From the NCBI GenBank assembly GCA_947629875.1, contig CANRFK010000001.1:1-40242 (forward strand): a stretch of DNA of 40,242 nt, read 5' to 3'. This DNA comes from an uncultured Clostridia bacterium. Its GTDB lineage: Bacteria; Bacillota; Clostridia; Christensenellales; Borkfalkiaceae. The notes beneath the pieces were generated by a model. It was given only the letters and a program-made list of their open reading frames with translations. It ran no database searches and was not told the origin of the DNA. This document shows, piece after piece, positions 26,111 through 35,780 of the stretch; within the stretch, counting starts at the first letter, position 1; the number at the start of each line of letters is the position of its first letter. The position numbers were made by a program, and so were the translations under genes.

Positions 26111-27820
26111 ATGAAAAGAATCGGAATTATCTGCCTTGCACTTGCGTGCGCGGCGGTCGGTGCGCTCGCCGGCTGTGGCAACGAAACGAACCCCGATCAT
26201 ACGGGCGGAAAGATAGAATACGAGACCTACGAAAGCTCCACCGTAAAGTTCACCGACAACGCGGCCGCGGGCGAATACAACACCGACCTGTGGTACCGCA
26301 ACGACCTCACGCGGGACATGGGAGACCCCATGGTCGTCTACGAGGACGGGTACTTCTACGCCTACGGCACGCGCGGCGGGCTCGGCTTCAACTGCTACCG
26401 TTCGGACGATCTCACCAACTGGGAGGATCTCGGCGTGGTATTTTCGGGGGCGAAGGCGGTCGGCTCGACGGAGACGAGCCTCTGGGCGCCCGACTTGCAG
26501 AAGATCGGCGACACGTGGTATCTGTACTACACCGTCAACATCAACTACCCCTCGGGCAACACCGAGCCGAGCTACTGCCAGATCGGCGTTGCGACGGGCG
26601 ACAGCCCCGCAGGCCCGTTTGCGCAGGTGTTCGATCCCTCCATCTCCGAGCAGACGCTCGCCAATACGCCCTTCAAGGACATGAAGGGGAGCACCATTCT
26701 CGACCAGAACGTTTTCGAGGACGATGGCGGCAAATTGTATATGTATTTCAGCTACGATTGCTCCAAGAACCCGTTCAAGTCCGAGCACTACGAGAACAAC
26801 GCGGAGATCTGGGGCGTGGAGTTGAAGAGCCCGACGGAGTGGGATATCTCCACGCTCACGCGCCTCATCCGCCCCGGCTACAAGAAGGTGGACGACGCCG
26901 TTCCCCTCATCCAGTGGGAGAATTGGTCTCCCTCGTTTGCAAACGGCTTTGAGTGCGCGGAGGGCCCGTACATGGTAAAGCACGGCGGGAAATATATTCT
27001 CACCTATTGCGCAAACAGCTTTGTGGATCTCGAATACGCCGTAGGATACGCCGTGGGGGATACCCCGTTCGGGCCCTTCGTAAAGCCCAACGACAGCTAT
27101 CTCCAAAATATGCTTCTCGGCGTGCCGGGCGAGGGCGGAACGTACGTCAGCAACCGCTATAAGGGGTTCATGACGGGCACGGGACACGCCTCCGTCGTGG
27201 ATGTGGAGGGCGAACTCATGTTTGCCTATCATGCGCATCAGGCGCGCGAATGGAACGCCGACATCGAACACGGCAATTGGCGCGCCCTTGCCTTCGACTA
27301 TCTGTACTTCGACGCGCAGGGGATGCCCTATACCAACGGCCCCACGTGGTCGCTCACGCGGCTTCCCGCCGCGGTCAGCGGGTACACAAATCTCGCGCCC
27401 TCGGCAACGGTGCGCGCCGACGGCGAGAATATCGCCTATCTCACCGATAATTTCACCAACCGCGCAATCAAGACGCAGGAAGTCGCGCGCGAGACGACCT
27501 TCAAAGCGGGCAGGCGGAGCATCGAACTCACGTTCGCAAGTCCCGTGCGCATCAAGGCGGTCGTCGTCTGCAATTCTTACGACTACGAGCTGCGCACCCA
27601 ACAGATCGCGCAGATCGACTTCGGAGAGCACAAGGGAATCGTCGGCGCGAACTTCAATTCCGCCTATCTGAAAACGGATGACGAGTTCATTTATCCGCAT
27701 TCTGCCTACAACGTGGAGCTTGAATCGGATATCATCACCGACCGCGTGGTCATCACCTTTGAAAGTGCGGTGGATTTTGCGGTCGGAGAAGTGGAAATCA
27801 TCGGGAGGACAATACAATGA
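26111..27820 (+). CDS. GH43-family glycoside hydrolase lipoprotein with a C-terminal beta-sandwich (discoidin/CBM-like) domain
   Basis: AGGAGG SD and lipobox ALAGC. GH43 blocks are GDPMVVYEDGYFYAYGT (base Asp), SLWAPDLQKIGDTWYLYY and ECAEGPYMVKHGGKYILTY (acid Glu). The subfamily cannot be determined by eye. Confidence 0.8.
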   Translation: MKRIGIICLALACAAVGALAGCGNETNPDHTGGKIEYETYESSTVKFTDNAAAGEYNTDLWYRNDLTRDMGDPMVVYEDGYFYAYGTRGGLGFNCYRSDDLTNWEDLGVVFSGAKAVGSTETSLWAPDLQKIGDTWYLYYTVNINYPSGNTEPSYCQIGVATGDSPAGPFAQVFDPSISEQTLANTPFKDMKGSTILDQNVFEDDGGKLYMYFSYDCSKNPFKSEHYENNAEIWGVELKSPTEWDISTLTRLIRPGYKKVDDAVPLIQWENWSPSFANGFECAEGPYMVKHGGKYILTYCANSFVDLEYAVGYAVGDTPFGPFVKPNDSYLQNMLLGVPGEGGTYVSNRYKGFMTGTGHASVVDVEGELMFAYHAHQAREWNADIEHGNWRALAFDYLYFDAQGMPYTNGPTWSLTRLPAAVSGYTNLAPSATVRADGENIAYLTDNFTNRAIKTQEVARETTFKAGRRSIELTFASPVRIKAVVVCNSYDYELRTQQIAQIDFGEHKGIVGANFNSAYLKTDDEFIYPHSAYNVELESDIITDRVVITFESAVDFAVGEVEIIGRTIQ

Positions 27821-29340
27821 AGAAAGGGAAGATCATCACAAAAATCATCGCCGTGGGGCTCGCCGCCGCGTTTACCGCAGGGATCGCGGCGGGCTGCGGG
27901 AGCGGCTCGAACAATGTGCAGGACGATCTCAAATTCGATGAGTTCGGCGACCCCGTCTTTGAGAACGTCGACCTCAAAGTTTGGTCGATCGTCGGCGACC
28001 CGGACGACGTGTATCTCGAAAAGGTCAACAAGATGTTCAACGACTATTACCGCGAGAACGGCTTGCAGGCGAAGATCACGCCCATCGTCAACGGCGACTT
28101 TTATCAGCAGGTCGCAAACACCATCACCACCGATCCCCGCAACGCGCCCGACGTCATTATCATTCACAGCGAGCGCCTCTCGGGGCTTGCGGCGAACAAC
28201 GTGATCGTGCCCATGTCCGAGTATTTTGAAGCGGCAAAGACGGAATTCGATCCCGATGCCTATCTCGATAACGTCATGGGCGAGTGCTATTACCAGAACA
28301 AGCTGTACGGCGTGCCGCTCGATGTGCACGCGGGCGTATGGTTCGTGCGTTCGGATATCCTCGAAAAGAACGGGCTCGAAAAGCCCACGACGCTCACGGA
28401 GTTCGTCGAAGTGTGCAACGCGCTCGTCGAGAAGTACGAAGCGGGCACCCTTTGGCACCGCGAGATGAACAAGACCAACGAGGCGGCGTGCGTGTGGACG
28501 CAGAGCAAGACGTTCGGCGACAACTACTATCCCGTCGTCATGAGCAAGGACGGCGGCATCGAGCAGGGCTGGATCCCGCAGACGGCGGTATTCCAGAACG
28601 GCGGAAAGCTGACCGACGAAAAGGGCTATCCCGCGTGGAACACGAAGGGGCTCGAGGACGTGATGACGATGTTCCGCAATTGGCAGACGGGGCAGGGCGA
28701 CTTCAAGGGAACGCCCTACAAGGGCGCATTCGTGAGCGGCAAGGATGACGTAAACACCGTCTGGTCCAAGCTCGCGAGCGGCGAAGCGGTATTCAGCTGC
28801 GAAGGCCCGTGGTGGATCGAACAGCGCCTGAATGAGTACGAAGATATTCTCGGGGATCTTCCGGACGATGGGAATAAGACGTACGCCCCCCTCGATATCA
28901 TGAATATGTCCAAGCTGTACGCGCTCGATGAGAACGCAGAGTACGCGGGAGAGATCTACGGCGTGGGGCACTGCTTCTCCATCTGCCGCACGGTGACGAG
29001 CAAGACGAAGCGCGTTGCCGCCGCGCTCTATGCGAAATTCATGACGGAAAACGCCGTCGATTACATGCAGGGCGGGCATCTTCCCGCATGCAAGGCGATC
29101 CTCGAATCGCAGCAGTACAAGGAAAAGCCCTTCTACGACCGCTATCTCAAAGAATTCGGCGACCCCGAAAACTTCGTGATGCTCGGCAATACGCCCCATT
29201 ACAGCGCCGTCTACGAGGGGTTGAAGAACGTCTATTCGGATATCTTCAATTCCAACTTCAAGGATCGCACGGTCGCCCAGATCATCAAGTCGCGCTACGA
29301 TTACGCGGTCAACTTCATCAAAGCGTCGGAGGGACTGTAA
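27817..29340 (+). CDS. ABC transporter extracellular solute-binding lipoprotein (sugar, CUT1 type)
   Basis: ATGA overlap with the GH43 stop. Lipobox IAAGC. Length and composition fit family-1 sugar-binding proteins, and it sits directly upstream of two MalF/MalG-type permeases. Confidence 0.8.
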   Translation: MKKGKIITKIIAVGLAAAFTAGIAAGCGSGSNNVQDDLKFDEFGDPVFENVDLKVWSIVGDPDDVYLEKVNKMFNDYYRENGLQAKITPIVNGDFYQQVANTITTDPRNAPDVIIIHSERLSGLAANNVIVPMSEYFEAAKTEFDPDAYLDNVMGECYYQNKLYGVPLDVHAGVWFVRSDILEKNGLEKPTTLTEFVEVCNALVEKYEAGTLWHREMNKTNEAACVWTQSKTFGDNYYPVVMSKDGGIEQGWIPQTAVFQNGGKLTDEKGYPAWNTKGLEDVMTMFRNWQTGQGDFKGTPYKGAFVSGKDDVNTVWSKLASGEAVFSCEGPWWIEQRLNEYEDILGDLPDDGNKTYAPLDIMNMSKLYALDENAEYAGEIYGVGHCFSICRTVTSKTKRVAAALYAKFMTENAVDYMQGGHLPACKAILESQQYKEKPFYDRYLKEFGDPENFVMLGNTPHYSAVYEGLKNVYSDIFNSNFKDRTVAQIIKSRYDYAVNFIKASEGL

Positions 29341-30396
29341 GTGGCTCGCATGACAACGGCAAGCGAATATGCGCTCAAACGGAGCAAGCGGAAGCAGTTC
29401 TTCAAGAATTACGGCATCGTTTTGCTGTTTCTCGGGCCGTTCATCTTCTTCTTCCTGCTCTTCTGCGTCTATCCGCTCTTTTACGGCATCGTGATGTCGC
29501 TGATGCGGTATAACATCGCCGATCCTTCGAAGAACGAGTGGAGGGGGTTCTCCTATTTTCAGACGCTCCTCTCCAACAGCAACAGCATTTACAACACCGA
29601 GTTTTGGTACTCGATGAAGAATACCGCGCTGTTTGCCGTCATTCTCGTGCCGCTTGCCATTCTCGTGCCGCTCGCCATTGCCGTTCTCGTGAACAGCAAG
29701 CCGCGCGGCTACAAAGTGTTCCGTGCGCTCATCTATTTCCCGTCCATTTTGCCCGTCTCGGCGAGCGGCGTCATCTTCATCTCGCTCTTCGGCACCAACT
29801 TCGGCTACATCAACCAATGGCTGGGACAGACGATCGGATGGCTCGATCAAACGACGACGGCGTGGTTCGTCATCATCCTGCTCTGTCTGTGGGGTGGATG
29901 GGGCGGCAACTTCATCATTTTGAGCGCAGGGCTCAAAAACGTCGATAAGAGCCTCTATGAGGCGGCGAGCGTGGACGGCTGCACGGGCATCCGCCGGATG
30001 TTCGCGGTGACGCTCCCCGCCATCAAGCCGCAGCTCATCGTCTGCCTCTTCACCACCATCATCGGCTATTTCGGGCTGTACGGGCAGGTCTACGTGCTCA
30101 CCAACGGCGGGCCCGCCAACCCCGATACCGGCGTCGGCACGACTGCCACCATCATGTGGTATCTGCAGTCGCTCATGAACTCCGGACAATACGATATTTA
30201 CGGCATGGTGAGTGCGATGGGGCTGACGCTCGGCGTGTTCATCGGCTGCATTACGGGGATCCAACTGTTTCTTACGCGTGAACGCAAGAGCGGCACCAAG
30301 CTCGCCCGCGCCTTTGCCGCATACAAGGCGGAAAAGGCGGAGAAGGCATCGGAGCCCGTGCCCGCCGTGCGGGAGGAGGCAAACGGAAATGAGTAA
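29341..30396 (+). CDS. sugar ABC transporter permease (MalF/UgpA-like)
   Basis: Multi-TM protein with the EAA-loop region (KSLYEAASVDGCTGIRRMFAVTLPAIKP). The GTG start at 29341 lies 7 nt after GGAGGG; an alternative ATG is at 29350. It has an unusual charged C-terminal tail. Confidence 0.85.
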   Translation: MARMTTASEYALKRSKRKQFFKNYGIVLLFLGPFIFFFLLFCVYPLFYGIVMSLMRYNIADPSKNEWRGFSYFQTLLSNSNSIYNTEFWYSMKNTALFAVILVPLAILVPLAIAVLVNSKPRGYKVFRALIYFPSILPVSASGVIFISLFGTNFGYINQWLGQTIGWLDQTTTAWFVIILLCLWGGWGGNFIILSAGLKNVDKSLYEAASVDGCTGIRRMFAVTLPAIKPQLIVCLFTTIIGYFGLYGQVYVLTNGGPANPDTGVGTTATIMWYLQSLMNSGQYDIYGMVSAMGLTLGVFIGCITGIQLFLTRERKSGTKLARAFAAYKAEKAEKASEPVPAVREEANGNE

Positions 30397-31372
30397 AGTT
30401 CTTCTCGCCGCCATTATCGTCGTCTGCACCGTCTGCTTCGCCATGGTCGTGCTCGATTTTGTCGTAGTGGGGTTGAAAAAACGCAAGGAACTCGGCGAAG
30501 GCAGGGTGGCGCGGTATCTCTCCAAAAACCTGTTCCGCCTCAACGCGTTCGTCTTTTTGCTCCTGTTCTGCATCGTATGGCTCGTGCCCATCGTCGTGGG
30601 CGTCATCGGCTCCTTTACGTCGCAGTACGCATTCGAGAACCACCCGGGCGAGCTCATCCCGTCGGACGGGTTTACCTTCGATAACTACATCGCCCTGTTC
30701 AGCAAGTACGATACGAACGGCGTGCGCCTTCCCGTGGAGCGCTGGATCCTCAACAGTTTCATCGTCTCTACGGTCACAACGGTGCTCTATCTCACCATCG
30801 CGGGGTTCGCGGCTTACGCCTTTGTATTTTTGCGCTTCCGCGGACAGAGGATCGTATTTTACGTGCTCATCTTCACGATGGTCATCCCGGGGGTCGCCAC
30901 CATGACGGCGCAGCTCGCAAACATGGCCAACCTCGGCATCTCAAAGTCGCTGTTTGCACTCATCCTGCCGAGCCTCGGCGGCGTGGGGGGACTGTACCTC
31001 ATCCGCCAGTTCTTTTTGGGCATCCCGCAGGACCTCATCGAATCGGCGCGCATCGACGGGTCGAGCAACCTCCGCATCTTCGTCAAAATCGTCTTACCGC
31101 TTGCGAAATCCGTCTTTCTCGTGCAGGGGCTGTTCTGCTTCATGGGCGCGTGGAACGATCTCCTGTGGCCGCAGGTCATCCTCGGCACGGCGGATAAGTC
31201 GCTCTGGACGTTGCAGGTCGGCATCGCGTACATCGCGGGCAGCAAGACGGCGAACAGCATCGGCATCAACCTCGCAAGCGCCATCGTGAGCGCCGTGCCC
31301 ATCCTCATTCTGTATATCTTTACGCAGAACAAGATCATCGAAGGCGTTGCCGCCACGGGCGTCAAACGTTGA
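30389..31372 (+). CDS. sugar ABC transporter permease (MalG/UgpE-like)
   Basis: The ATG at 30389 overlaps the upstream stop by 8 nt and has GGGAGGAGG upstream. EAA loop: DLIESARIDGSSNLRIFVKIVLPLAK. The R-rich N-terminal extension of the track ORF (from 30278) is rejected. Confidence 0.85.
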   Translation: MSKVLLAAIIVVCTVCFAMVVLDFVVVGLKKRKELGEGRVARYLSKNLFRLNAFVFLLLFCIVWLVPIVVGVIGSFTSQYAFENHPGELIPSDGFTFDNYIALFSKYDTNGVRLPVERWILNSFIVSTVTTVLYLTIAGFAAYAFVFLRFRGQRIVFYVLIFTMVIPGVATMTAQLANMANLGISKSLFALILPSLGGVGGLYLIRQFFLGIPQDLIESARIDGSSNLRIFVKIVLPLAKSVFLVQGLFCFMGAWNDLLWPQVILGTADKSLWTLQVGIAYIAGSKTANSIGINLASAIVSAVPILILYIFTQNKIIEGVAATGVKR

Positions 31373-31386
31373 ATTACGGAGCAGAC

Positions 31387-32931
31387 ATGGAAAAAAATAT
31401 CACATTGCAGGAAGCAAGAACCCAATACAAGGAAAACAAGGGAAGAGTCGTAGCGGAAGAGGCGGGCGGCTTTGTCGTGCTGCTACGGGACATCAACAAG
31501 ATTTACGATAACCACGTTCAGGCGGTCTACGATTTCAACCTGTCCATCGAACGGAACGAGTTCATCGTCCTCGTCGGACCCTCGGGCTGCGGCAAGTCGA
31601 CGACGCTCCGCATGATCGCGGGGCTCGAAGAGATCTCCTCGGGCTATCTCTACATCGACGGCGTGCTCGCCAACCACCTCGAAAGCAAGGATAGGGACAT
31701 TGCAATGGTATTCCAGAGCTACGCGCTCTATCCCAACATGACGGTGTACGACAACATCGGCTTCGGGCTTGCCGTCCGCCGTATTCCCAAGGAGGAGATC
31801 AGGCAAAAGGTGTTCGAGGCGGCGGAGATCCTCGACCTCGGCCCCTACCTCGACCGCAAGCCGCGCGAGCTCTCGGGCGGACAGATGCAGCGCGTCGCCC
31901 TCGGGCGGGCGATCGTAAGGAACGCCAAGCTCTTCCTCATGGACGAGCCGCTCTCCAACCTCGATGCCAAACTCCGCGTGCAGATGCGCAGTGAGATCGT
32001 CAAGCTGCACAAGCGCATCTCGGCGACCACCGTCTACGTCACGCACGACCAGACGGAGGCAATGACGATGGCGGACCGCATCGTCGTCATGAACAAGGGC
32101 TTCGTCCAGCAGATCGGAACGCCCTCGGAGATATACAGCGAGCCCGCCAACGTCTTTGTCGCCACCTTTATCGGCAGTCCTCCCATGAACGTGTTCCGCG
32201 CACAGATGCGCGACGGCGCGATTTGGGAAGGGGAGAGCGGCGTCACGCTGCCCGCCGGCACGGACGAGACGTTCGGCGCGTTTGTCGCCCAAAAGATCGC
32301 CTATTTCGGCGAACTCAAAGGGCGGTGCGAGGCGGCGATGAAGGAGGCGGTCTCGCAGGCGTGCGAGGCGTTCGGCGCATCCTCCAAGCGGACGGCGGCG
32401 CTCACCGCGGCATACGAAAGCGGCGAATGGCGCACCGTCATCCGTCTCCTCAAAAAGTACGCGGGCCCGCTCATGGAGGAGGAGCGCGCCGTCGCGGCGT
32501 CCCTGCAACAGGCAGGTTCCGCGGAGGCGTTCGTCAAAAAGGAGGAGGCAGCCGTTCCCGAGAAGAAGCGCAAGCGTAAAGAGGAGAAGCCCGATCTGCA
32601 CACCCAAAACATTGGGCGCATCGAGGCATACCTCAAAGCGTACGAGAGCGCGGCGGCCGAGCGCGAACTCTTCATCGGCATCCGCCCCGAGCACATTCAT
32701 CTCGCGGACGAATTCAAGGGAGCGGCGAGCGAGCCGTTCACCGCCGTCGCCGATTTCGTGGAACTGCTCGGCAGCGAACTGTGCGTCTACTTCAACGCGT
32801 TCGGCGGCCGCCTCATCTGCAAACTCTCCGCCGACCGCCTCATCCGCATGGGCGAGGAAGTGCGGCTCTGTTTCGATATGGAAAAGCTCAAACTGTTCGA
32901 CGGCGTGGGCGGAATGCGGATCGTGAAATAA
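31387..32931 (+). CDS. ABC transporter ATP-binding protein (MalK/MsmK/UgpC-like) with a large insertion in the C-terminal regulatory domain
   Basis: Walker A GPSGCGKST, Q-loop VFQSYALYP, signature LSGGQMQRV, Walker B LFLMDEPLS, H-loop VTHDQ. The FIGSPPMN ... IGIRPEHI regulatory-domain blocks are separated by roughly 135 extra residues. The ATG at 31387 with GGAG upstream is preferred over the track's TTG at 31369. Confidence 0.9.
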   Translation: MEKNITLQEARTQYKENKGRVVAEEAGGFVVLLRDINKIYDNHVQAVYDFNLSIERNEFIVLVGPSGCGKSTTLRMIAGLEEISSGYLYIDGVLANHLESKDRDIAMVFQSYALYPNMTVYDNIGFGLAVRRIPKEEIRQKVFEAAEILDLGPYLDRKPRELSGGQMQRVALGRAIVRNAKLFLMDEPLSNLDAKLRVQMRSEIVKLHKRISATTVYVTHDQTEAMTMADRIVVMNKGFVQQIGTPSEIYSEPANVFVATFIGSPPMNVFRAQMRDGAIWEGESGVTLPAGTDETFGAFVAQKIAYFGELKGRCEAAMKEAVSQACEAFGASSKRTAALTAAYESGEWRTVIRLLKKYAGPLMEEERAVAASLQQAGSAEAFVKKEEAAVPEKKRKRKEEKPDLHTQNIGRIEAYLKAYESAAAERELFIGIRPEHIHLADEFKGAASEPFTAVADFVELLGSELCVYFNAFGGRLICKLSADRLIRMGEEVRLCFDMEKLKLFDGVGGMRIVK

Positions 32932-32949
32932 TTTTTGTGAGGAACGGAT

Positions 32950-33954
32950 ATGAAGAAGATAAATCTGATTGCCGCGGTCGCCTTGAGCGCACTCTTTCTC
33001 TTTGCCGGGTGCGGCGAGGGGCCCGATCCCAACGGCGAAGACCCCGGTCACAACGGAGAGGATCCGCCCGTTCCCGAACAGGTGACCCTCGAGATTGCCG
33101 ACGTCATAGCTTGGATCGACTGCGCGCCCAGCGAGTTCGTTCCCGTGTGGTCGGATTCCGCGCAGGCGGAACCGCTCGAATATGAGTACGACGAAACGCT
33201 CGTCGAGCTCTCGCCCGAGGCGCACACCGTAAAGGCGCTCGCGGAAGGGCTCTGCGAAGTGCGGGCGTATTCGGAAAATTTCTCGGTGGAATTTACCGTG
33301 GATTGCAGGGAGATCGGTATGGATATAGAAGAAAAATGGCGCACCGACGTCACGGGGTGGCATCCCGATTGGCCCACCCGTCTCGAAAATTTCAAAGCGC
33401 TTTGGAAGATGAGCGGCACCCCGGATACGACGGTCTTTGCGGGCGACAGCTTTTTCGACGCGAGCGGGTTCTGGACGAATTTCTACGATACGTACAACGG
33501 GAAAGACGCGCTCTGCTTCGGCATCGGCTCCACGCACTCCTATAATTGGGAATATCTCGCCGATCATCTCCTCGCCGATATGACGCCGCGCAATCTCGTC
33601 ATGCACATCGGCACCAACAACGTCTACGATCAGGGTGACACCGCCGATATGGCAACGGAGGCGCTGCAACGCATGTTCACCGTTCTGCACGACCGCCTTC
33701 CCGATACCCAGATCTGGTGGTTTACGATCACCCAACGCAGTTACGATGAGATGAAGCAGTACGACGTCTCGCTCGTCAACAAGGCGATGATGGCATGGTG
33801 CAAGGACAGGAGTTGGATCACCTGCCTCGATACGTCGCCGCTCTTCACGGCGGATATGCTGAAAGACAGCATCCATCCCAAGCTCGAAGAATACCGCGTT
33901 TTTGTGGACGCATTAAACGCCGCCGGCATCGAGATCGCAGATAGTACCCGTTAA
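32950..33954 (+). CDS. SGNH/GDSL-family esterase lipoprotein (candidate carbohydrate acetylesterase)
   Basis: Lipobox LFAGC. SGNH blocks are FAGDSF (block I), GIGSTH (block II-like), HIGTNNV (block III) and DSIHP (block V). There is an Ig-like N-terminal segment. Confidence 0.75.
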   Translation: MKKINLIAAVALSALFLFAGCGEGPDPNGEDPGHNGEDPPVPEQVTLEIADVIAWIDCAPSEFVPVWSDSAQAEPLEYEYDETLVELSPEAHTVKALAEGLCEVRAYSENFSVEFTVDCREIGMDIEEKWRTDVTGWHPDWPTRLENFKALWKMSGTPDTTVFAGDSFFDASGFWTNFYDTYNGKDALCFGIGSTHSYNWEYLADHLLADMTPRNLVMHIGTNNVYDQGDTADMATEALQRMFTVLHDRLPDTQIWWFTITQRSYDEMKQYDVSLVNKAMMAWCKDRSWITCLDTSPLFTADMLKDSIHPKLEEYRVFVDALNAAGIEIADSTR

Positions 33955-33969
33955 AGCGATCAAGAATGA

Positions 33970-33998
33970 TTGACATCTGCTCTTTTTTCAAGTAAAAT
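33970..33998 (+). promoter_or_regulatory. candidate internal promoter for the GH2 gene
   Basis: TTGACA 33970-33975, 17-nt spacer, TAAAAT 33993-33998, in the 74-nt gap before the ATG at 34029. Confidence 0.45.
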
Positions 33999-34028
33999 GA
34001 GGTATCGACACATCACATAGGAGTCAGA

Positions 34029-35762
34029 ATGAAACCGATGCGTACGGAATATCCGCGCCCGCAGCTGCGGCGCGACGAGTGGCTTTCACTGAACGGCGAA
34101 TGGGAATTTTGCTTCGACGATGACGAGCGGGGCTTTCGGCTGCGCTACGATAGCGGCAAGGTGGCGCTTCCGCTCCGCATCCTCGTGCCGTTTTCCTATC
34201 AATACGAGGCAAGCGGGATCGGGGATACCGCCGACCATGCAATCGTGTGGTACCGCCGCACCTTTTCCGACTGTTCCCGCGGCAAGCGTACCCTTTTGTG
34301 CTTTAACGGAGCGGACCGCGAGACGGACGTCTGGATCAACGGACGCCATGCGGCGCGCCACATCGGCGGATTTGCGCCTTTCAGCGCCGATATCACGCCC
34401 TTCTTGAAGAGCGGCGAGAATACCATCGTCGTGCGTTGCGCCGACCCCAACGATCCCGCCGTGCCCCGCGGCAAACAGAGCTGGAAGGGCGCGTTCGGCT
34501 GTTGGTATGTCCCGAACACGGGCATCTTCCAAAGCGTTTGGCTGGAATATTTCGGCGAGGACGGGCTTTCCGACGTCCGCATCGCAACGGATGTGGATCA
34601 ATGCAGCTTCTTCGGCGAGCTCACAACGTTCTATGGCAAGGCGGATTCCGCCGAGTTTACCGTCACGTTCAACGGCGAGATCTTAAAGAGGAGCGCCTTT
34701 TCCCTCGAAGGGATCACGACGCGCTATACCGTGCAACTCATGGAACCCGATTCCATCGATCCGCTCTATTGCTGGACGCCCGAACACCCCAATCTCTTCT
34801 ATCTCGATATCGTCCTCTTTTGCGGCGGAAAGGAGACCGACCGTCTCCACACCCGCTTCGGGATGCGCAAGATCTCGGTGGACGGCGACGGGAACATCTG
34901 CCTCAACAACGAAAAACTCTATCAGCGGCTCGTTCTCGACCAAGGCTATTGGCGGGAGAGCGGGCTTACGCCGCCGAGCGCCGAGGCGTTGAAGCGGGAT
35001 ATCCTCCTCGCCAAACAGATGGGGTTCAACGGCGCGCGCAAGCATCAGAAATTCGAGGACCCGTACTATTATTATTACGCCGAAGAACTCGGTTTTCTCA
35101 CGTGGTGCGAGATGCCGTCCGCATACTCCTTCTGCACGCGGGAGGAATGCGCCATTCTGCGCGAATGGGAGGAGATCGTCGTTGCCGCACGCAACTTCAC
35201 GAGCATCGTGTGCTATGTCCCGCTCAACGAGAGCTGGGGCGTGCGCAATCTCCGTAGCGACCGCGACCAGCAAAATTTCGCCCGCGCACTCTATTATGCG
35301 ACCAAGTCGCTCGATCCTTACAAACTCGTCTCCGTGAACGACGGCTGGGAAAATCTCGACGAGACGGACTTCATTACCATCCACGACTATGCGAACAGAG
35401 GGGACGGCTTTGCGGAAAAATACCGCACCGAAACGTTGGATTCCGTCTATATCGCGCACAGAAAGATCATGGCGGACGGATGCCGCTATCACGGACAGCC
35501 CGTGCTCCTCACGGAATTCGGCGGCATCGCCATGGCGGAGGAGACGGGCAAGGGCAATTGGGGCTATAACGAGGGAGCGAACGACTGCGAGGAATTTTAC
35601 ACGCGGTATGAAAATCTCATCGACGGCATCCGCAGGGCTCCCTTCTCGGGATATTGCTACACGCAGTTGACCGACGTCCAGCAGGAAGTGAACGGGCTTT
35701 TGTATTCCGACCGTGTGCCGAAATTCGACTTGAAGCGCATCGCCGAGCTCAACAGAAAATAA
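34029..35762 (+). CDS. GH2-family glycoside hydrolase (short, about 577 aa form), cytoplasmic
   Basis: YPRPQLRR...WLSLNGEWEF N-terminus. Sugar-binding domain (LCFNGADRETDVWINGRHAARHIGGFAPFSADIT). TIM barrel with KQMGFNGARKHQK and VPLNESWG (acid/base Glu). Confidence 0.85.
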   Translation: MKPMRTEYPRPQLRRDEWLSLNGEWEFCFDDDERGFRLRYDSGKVALPLRILVPFSYQYEASGIGDTADHAIVWYRRTFSDCSRGKRTLLCFNGADRETDVWINGRHAARHIGGFAPFSADITPFLKSGENTIVVRCADPNDPAVPRGKQSWKGAFGCWYVPNTGIFQSVWLEYFGEDGLSDVRIATDVDQCSFFGELTTFYGKADSAEFTVTFNGEILKRSAFSLEGITTRYTVQLMEPDSIDPLYCWTPEHPNLFYLDIVLFCGGKETDRLHTRFGMRKISVDGDGNICLNNEKLYQRLVLDQGYWRESGLTPPSAEALKRDILLAKQMGFNGARKHQKFEDPYYYYYAEELGFLTWCEMPSAYSFCTREECAILREWEEIVVAARNFTSIVCYVPLNESWGVRNLRSDRDQQNFARALYYATKSLDPYKLVSVNDGWENLDETDFITIHDYANRGDGFAEKYRTETLDSVYIAHRKIMADGCRYHGQPVLLTEFGGIAMAEETGKGNWGYNEGANDCEEFYTRYENLIDGIRRAPFSGYCYTQLTDVQQEVNGLLYSDRVPKFDLKRIAELNRK

Positions 35763-35780
35763 GAATGCCTTGCGGCGCAA

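Noticed and set aside
30278-30388. N-terminal extensions offered by the ORF track: 30278 for permease 2, 23783 for the ~766-aa lipoprotein, 31369 (TTG) for the ATPase, 35907 for the phosphoesterase and 37075 (TTG) for the FxLYD protein.
   Set aside because: In each case an internal ATG with a proper SD begins a canonical N-terminus (signal peptide, first TM helix, or GDTHG motif). The extensions overlap upstream genes or are Arg-rich nonsense.
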